Origin: Piromyces finnis finn
Lineage: Eukaryota > Fungi > Neocallimastigomycota
Assembly: GCA_002104945.1 (NCBI GenBank)
Contig: MCFH01000012.1
Location: 682,001-746,000 of the forward strand
Direction: 5' to 3'
Length of the DNA: 64,000 bases
Below, in pieces: positions 57,845-64,000 of the stretch. Numbering within the stretch: the first letter of the stretch is position 1; every line of letters begins with the position of its first letter. Below the pieces are notes generated by a model. It saw only the letters and a list, made by a program, of their open reading frames with translations, was not told the DNA's origin and did not search any database. The position numbers were made by a program, and so were the translations under genes.

Positions 57845-59503
57845 TATTATTACTACTATTATTATATATTTAAATTTTGTTTTATAAAAAAGAAATAAAA
57901 AAAAAATTATATAATTATTATTATTATTTTTTTTGAAAAATAACAAGATTTTATGTGGGCCTTGGTTCAATATTTATTATTTGTTTTTTGATATATAATA
58001 AATGTAAAAAGGTAGATATATTTTATTTTATTATTTAATTGCTATTTGCTTTCTTTAATAATTATAACAAATAAATGGATTATGAATAATAGAATTGTTA
58101 TATCTATATATATTTGAAAAATGATTTAAAAGGTAATTAACTTTTAATCCATCGAATATTACGATTTAAAAATAATAGTAAAGAATAAAACAAAACAAAA
58201 AAACAAAAAAAAGAAAATTATAAATTATAATTAATAATGATAAAGTTTTATATATATATGTATATATAGACATATATATATTTTATTTATTATTATTATT
58301 ATAATTAAAAAAAAAAAAAAAAGATTATTTATCTATTATTTGTGGACTTTGAATAATAAAATAAAATAAAATAAAAAACAAAAAACAAAATCTTATTATT
58401 TAACGTTTTATTTTTTTTTGTTTGATGTATCAACAACAACAACAACAACAAAATTTTTTTTTTTTTTTAAATTATAATAAATATTAAAATTTTAAAAATT
58501 GGTTTTAAATTTTTTGGAATGAAAAAGTATGTTTTTCTTATTATTTAAAAATAAAGAAAATAATAATAAAAAAAAAAAAAAAAAACCAATTTAGGGAAAA
58601 AAAAAAAAGATCAATTATTGTATAAAGGAAATAAAATAAAAAAAAAAATAAAAAAAAAAAAAGAATTATTTTTTAAAAAATACTTTTACATAAAATTTTA
58701 AAAATATACTTTTTAAAAAGTTAAACTTTGTTAAATACTAAATGCATTAGCATTTTTATTTTTTTTTTATCTATATAATTTGTTCATCCTTTATTTTTCA
58801 TTTCAAATTTTATGAATAGTCGTCGAAAAAAATAAAACTTTTTCTATAAAAATAAAAAGGAAAAAATGAAAATGAAATATGATTTTTATCATGCCAAAAT
58901 AATAATAAGAGGAAGAAATATTTATAAATATTTATTTTTTTTACTTTTATTAGGAGGATTGTCATTGAATTATACGAAATTATTTATATAATTATATTCT
59001 TTTATTATTATTATTATTTTTTTTTTTTCGGATGATTCATCATCTTTATTTTTTTTTAATATTATAAAAGTGAGAAAGAAAAGAAAATATATATATAAAG
59101 AATGAGATGAAATATAAAATAACAATAAAATAGTAATATATAAATAAAATAATGATTTAAAAAAAAAAAAACTATAATGTATATCTAAAAAAATTTTTTA
59201 ACTCTATTTTTTTTTTTTATTAGTAGTAGGTATCACTAGTATCACTATATAAACACAATTCATATTATAATTTCTTTTATAATATATAATGGTATAAAAT
59301 AATAATTTTATAATGTTAAACTTATATATATATATATATATATTATTATTCTGTTATAATTTTATTTTTTGTTAATATTATTATTTTTATTAATGATAGT
59401 TTTTTTTTTTTTTTTTTTTTTTTTAGATTTTCATTAGTAGTTGTATTTATTATTAGTAGGTAATTTTTATTTTTTTTTTATTTTTTTATTATTTTTTTTA
59501 TTT

Positions 59504-62500
59504 TTATACTGCTTCATCGTATTGAACTTGCTCTATATTATATAAATTACTTGTACTATTTTTAAAGTTTGAATAGTTATTCTTGGTAATGGTTTTACCA
59601 TGATTAATATTATTGATTATTATATCACCTGTGTTTTCTTTTTCCTCATTCAAATTTAACATTTTAACAATATTTTCAGGAACCTATTAAAAATTTTTTG
59701 GGGGTTATATTAAATTTAATAAATATAAATTATATAAATATATTATTATTAATTTTGTATTTTCATTAAAAAAAAAATTATTTACTATAAAACATACAAT
59801 AAATGAAAGCTCTGGATAGTCTATTAACTTTCTAACCGCTTTAATAGCTAATAGTGATTCATCTTTAGCTGGATCTTTATATTTAGAATATAAAATATTT
59901 GGAGCAATAACGGTAGCAAGATTTTCTGCATTCATTTTTGTACCACTATTATTATTATTATCTGTTAAAGTAGATATATGTTTTAGGAATAACAATAGTA
60001 CTTCCAATAAATCTCTATGACTTTTTGGTAATAAACAACATGTATAATTCAGTATTTTTAATGAATTTTCTTCAGTTGATGCCTCTGTTGAATGCGTTAT
60101 ATATTAAAAAAAAAAAAAAAAAAGAATAATGTCAGGGTTAATCATTCAATGAATAAATAATATATATATATATATTTTTTTTTCAAATAAATTCTTTTTA
60201 AAAAAAATTAAATCTTACTTTGTGAAATGATGAATAATTGGTGAAGTTTATAGGTTAATACTGGATTTGGTAATTCTCTTAAAAATTTTTTCATTAATGC
60301 GGCCAATTGAATCGGTGAATTGCCCTTTAGATTAATTTCATCTGGATTTTTATCAATATTATCTGAAAGTAACTTTAATTGTTTAATATTACCATTTTTA
60401 CGATATATACCTTCTACATTTAAATCTTTATCAACAGAATAATAAAATGATAGGATATAATTATGTTTATTATAAAAATTTAAATTTATTATTATTATTA
60501 TTATTACTTTAATTATTATTCTTATTCTTATTCTTATTCTTATTCTTATTCTTATTCTTATTCTTATTCTTATTCTTATTCTTATTCTTATTCTTATTCT
60601 TATTCTTATTCTTATTCTTATTCTTATTCTTATTCTTATTTCTTATTCTTATTCTTATTCTTATTCTTATTCTTATTCTTATTCTTATTCTTATTCTTAT
60701 TCTTATTCTTATTCTTATTCTTATTCTTATTCTTATTCTTATTCTTATTCTTATTCTTATTCTTATTCTTATTCTTATTCTTATTCTTATTCTTATTCTT
60801 ATTCTTATTCTTATTCTTATTCTTATTCTTATTCTTATTCTTATTCTTATTCTTATTCTTATTCTTATTCTTATTCTTATTCTTATTCTTATTCTTATTC
60901 TTATTCTTATTCTTATTCTTATTCTTATTCTTATTCTTATTCTTATTCTTATTCTTATTCTTATTCTTATTCTTATTCTTATTCTTATTCTTATTCTTAT
61001 TCTTATTCTTATTCTTATTCTTATTCTTATTCTTATTCTTATTCTTATTCTTCTTCTTTTTATTATTATTATTATTTATTGATATTATTACTCTAATTAT
61101 TATTTATTTATCTACTTTTCACAATAATAAATATAAAACTTACCCATTCCTCTCATGGATGTAATTAATTCTTCTATCAAAATAGGAATCTTTATATTTC
61201 CACTTCCTGCACCAAATTTAGATTCTATCCCGTGTTTTTCGGTAATAAAATCTAAGGATACACCAAATGTCTTGTCTTTATTTTTTTTAAAAAATACAGA
61301 TAGACAGATAGAGAGATATTTATTCATGAATTAAATGCATTTATAATAAATAGTATTTTAGTTGAGTAGTAATGGTAGATAGGTATCTATATTATTCTAT
61401 ATTATTTTATAGTATTCTATTCTGGGGTGATTGTATTATTTATTTTTTTTATTTTTTTTTTTTTATTTTACCTTTAACTTTTTGTTTCTTTTGATTTTGT
61501 TTTAATGATCCAAGTAATTTTCCCCACATTGTTTCTTTTTTATCTAAAAGAAGATTACTTAAATCAATTTGACTTGATAAATTTTCTTTTTTTAATAAAT
61601 TACTTAAACATTCAACAATTTTTTGGGTTACCGCAAGCATTTGAAATGGTGAAAGATCAGAAAATAGTATTTGATTTTCATCTAATGGAACAGAAGAAAT
61701 GCATATTGATTGTTTATAATCTTCAGTTGTACTTCTTCTAAGGGTGATGATATTTTCTGGTAGAGTTCCTTTATTTTTAAACTTTGTTAATAATGAATTA
61801 TTACTACCTTTAAAGTTATCATTTTCTTTTTCATTATTGTCTTTCTTGAAATCCATTTTTTCGGATTCATTTGGTGACATTTTATTAGATTCCTCTGATT
61901 TAATATTATAGGATTGGTAAATATCATTATAAGCATTGGCATATGGATTGGCATAGGTACTTAAACTATTATTATTATCATGATATTTATCAAAACCAAC
62001 TTCACTATCATTATCGAATTCATATCTATTTATTTCTCTTGGTGTTATGATCATATTATTCATAGGTTCTACATCTTGTGTTTTTATTTTAGATATTTGA
62101 TTCTTGATTGGCCTGTTACTATTGTTTGTATCATCACCCGATTTAACTAACAAAAAAAAAAAAAAATTTATAAAAGAATAGAATATAATTTTATTATTTT
62201 ATTCGTTATAAAAATTGTGGTTCAACCAAATAACTATAGAATAATTATGTCTATCTATATTTATTATTCTAAAATCATTCTACTATTAATTTGATAGTTA
62301 CGGTAAATATTATCGGTACTAGCAGTAATTTCATTAACATTTTTATTTATATTTTCTTCTACAATGGAATTCATTAAATTATCATTTGATACATTTGCGA
62401 CATTATCTTGCTTTTTAATTAATGCGATATCATTTATTTTTGTTTTTGATAATAAATTACTATTTTTTGACATAGTAACTTTAAGTTTGGTTAAACTTTC

Positions 62501-64000
62501 CGATAATTTGGTATCTTTTTATTAAAGTCATTAATGTTATTATTGTTATTGTTGTCGGTTGGTGGATTGGTTGATTTGAATTTTAGTTTTTTATATAAAA
62601 TATTATTAAATATAAAAAATAAATAAATATTGGTAAAGAGAACAAAAGTATGAACAGCATAGGAATATATTTAAACTTACTTTGTGGACATAATATATAT
62701 AATCTTTTTAATGAAGTTCTCAATAAAATTTTATATTGAACAAACTGGGATATAAATTGAAATTCTGATGACAAATTAGAGATTGCAATATTTTGTGCTT
62801 TTACACATCCTGGACATATTAGTATGATACCATTATTATCTGTTTTAACACGAAAACCAGAGATTTCTTTTTTTTCATTGATCAGTGATTTACTACATGA
62901 AGTACATTTAAAACATTTGGAATGCCATCTATAATTATTATTCGCTATACAATCTTCCAATATGTATTGTTTACAAAAACTACAATATTCTGTATTTATT
63001 ATGTCCATTTCATTTTCTAACTCTTTATCATATCTTGAAAAGAAAGATAGATCTTTTTGGGTGTCCTCAATTTCAACTATATGATTTAAGAAATTTTCCA
63101 TTTCATTTGGTTGATTATATATATATTCCTATATATATTTTTTGTTAAAGGAGAGGTAATTATTATTGATTAGTTAAAGAAAAAATTAAAATAGAAAAAT
63201 AAAAGTAAAGGTTATCCTTTTATATATATATACAAAAAGGAAAAAGGAGGGGACAAAAATAGATTTATAAAATTTATAAAATAAAAAAAAATATTAAAAA
63301 ATTTACTAATTTAATAACGCAATTTAAAGCTGTTCTTATTAAAAGTTTCAAGGTTTGGGCTAATAGATTAATTAGTGATAAAAATTCTTTTGTATAATCA
63401 TGTGAAATTGTGGTAGAATGAGTAATGGTTGAAAAAAAGTATATTATTTTTCGAACTAATTTTTTAGGTTCATCTTCTAAATGTAATCCGGTAGTATCGT
63501 TGAATTGACACATTTTTTTTTCGATTTCGTCCAATGCATTAAAAAGAACTTCAATGTGAAATACAAATGTTTTTGCTTGTTCTATTTCATGATCAATTGA
63601 ATTACTATTAACGTAATTTAATAATTTTTCTACACATTGTGCTGCTGATTCTCTATATATTTTAAGAATGGACCAAACCCTTGCTATTCTTTCTTCCATC
63701 CTATTTTTATCATCAAGTTCCTCTATATTACACAAATAGATTATATAATTAACAAAATATTTAAGTTTATTATTTTTAAAAATGAATGGTGATTTGAAAA
63801 AAAAAAAAAAAAAAAAACAATAATAATAATCATTATTATAAAAAGTATAATTTCTTAAATACATATATATATATATCTATATATAACTATACGTATTATA
63901 TATTACCTTCAATACTTGAATATTTTTTGGGTGGAACATACTCCGGAACCATACGAACATTCCATGCCTAAAAATAAAAATAATCAATTATATTTGGAGG
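59504..64000 (-). CDS. LRG1: LIM-domain Rho GTPase-activating protein (Lrg1 / S. pombe Rga1 type); 5' end lies beyond the window
   Basis: LIM domain CSFCKQYI..WHSKCFKCTSCSKSL..CPGC. RhoGAP: TFGVSL..IPILIEELI..VEGIYRKNGNIKQL..QLAALMKKFLRELPNPVL..KMNAENLATVIAPNIL. Stop at 59504-59506. Confidence 0.88.
60516..61050. repeat. (TTATTC)n hexanucleotide array, about 89 units, in a RhoGAP intron
   Basis: Near-perfect array with a single extra T at about 60641. Confidence 0.95.

Noticed and set aside
60516-61050. Interstitial telomere or CRISPR-like array
   Set aside because: The unit is not a TTAGGG-type G-rich repeat and there are no spacers. No CRISPR, tRNA or rRNA was recognised anywhere in the window.

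Overview
Extremely AT-rich, intron-rich eukaryotic DNA, most consistent with an anaerobic gut fungus (Neocallimastigomycota). This is inferred from composition, short GT-AG introns, fungal SLA1/LRG1-type genes, a T-box factor and flagellate-type TBCCD1/kinesin-13. Two blocks of conserved spliced genes (about 0-26 kb: peflin, multi-BRCT protein, SAM-kinesin-13, SRRM1, ataxin-10, T-box factor; about 43-64 kb: SLA1, LRR protein, TBCCD1, LIM-RhoGAP) flank an accessory island at about 27-42 kb. Main result: the scattered orphan ORFs at 32.2-36.7 kb reassemble into one intronless gene for a secreted protein of about 1,490 codons. It has a signal peptide and a cluster of Kex2-like sites, and is scrambled into four blocks (S+, C-, B+, A-) by two nested inversions. 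Two of the three internal junctions rejoin exactly in frame and the third is 1 nt short. The island also holds a head-to-head pair of disrupted F-box-like paralogs whose first 80 nt are homogenised, an Old Yellow Enzyme gene bracketed by 140-bp direct repeats, and a 40-bp copy of an ataxin-10 exon/intron junction from 20 kb away. All of this was read and aligned by hand; no database searches were run.
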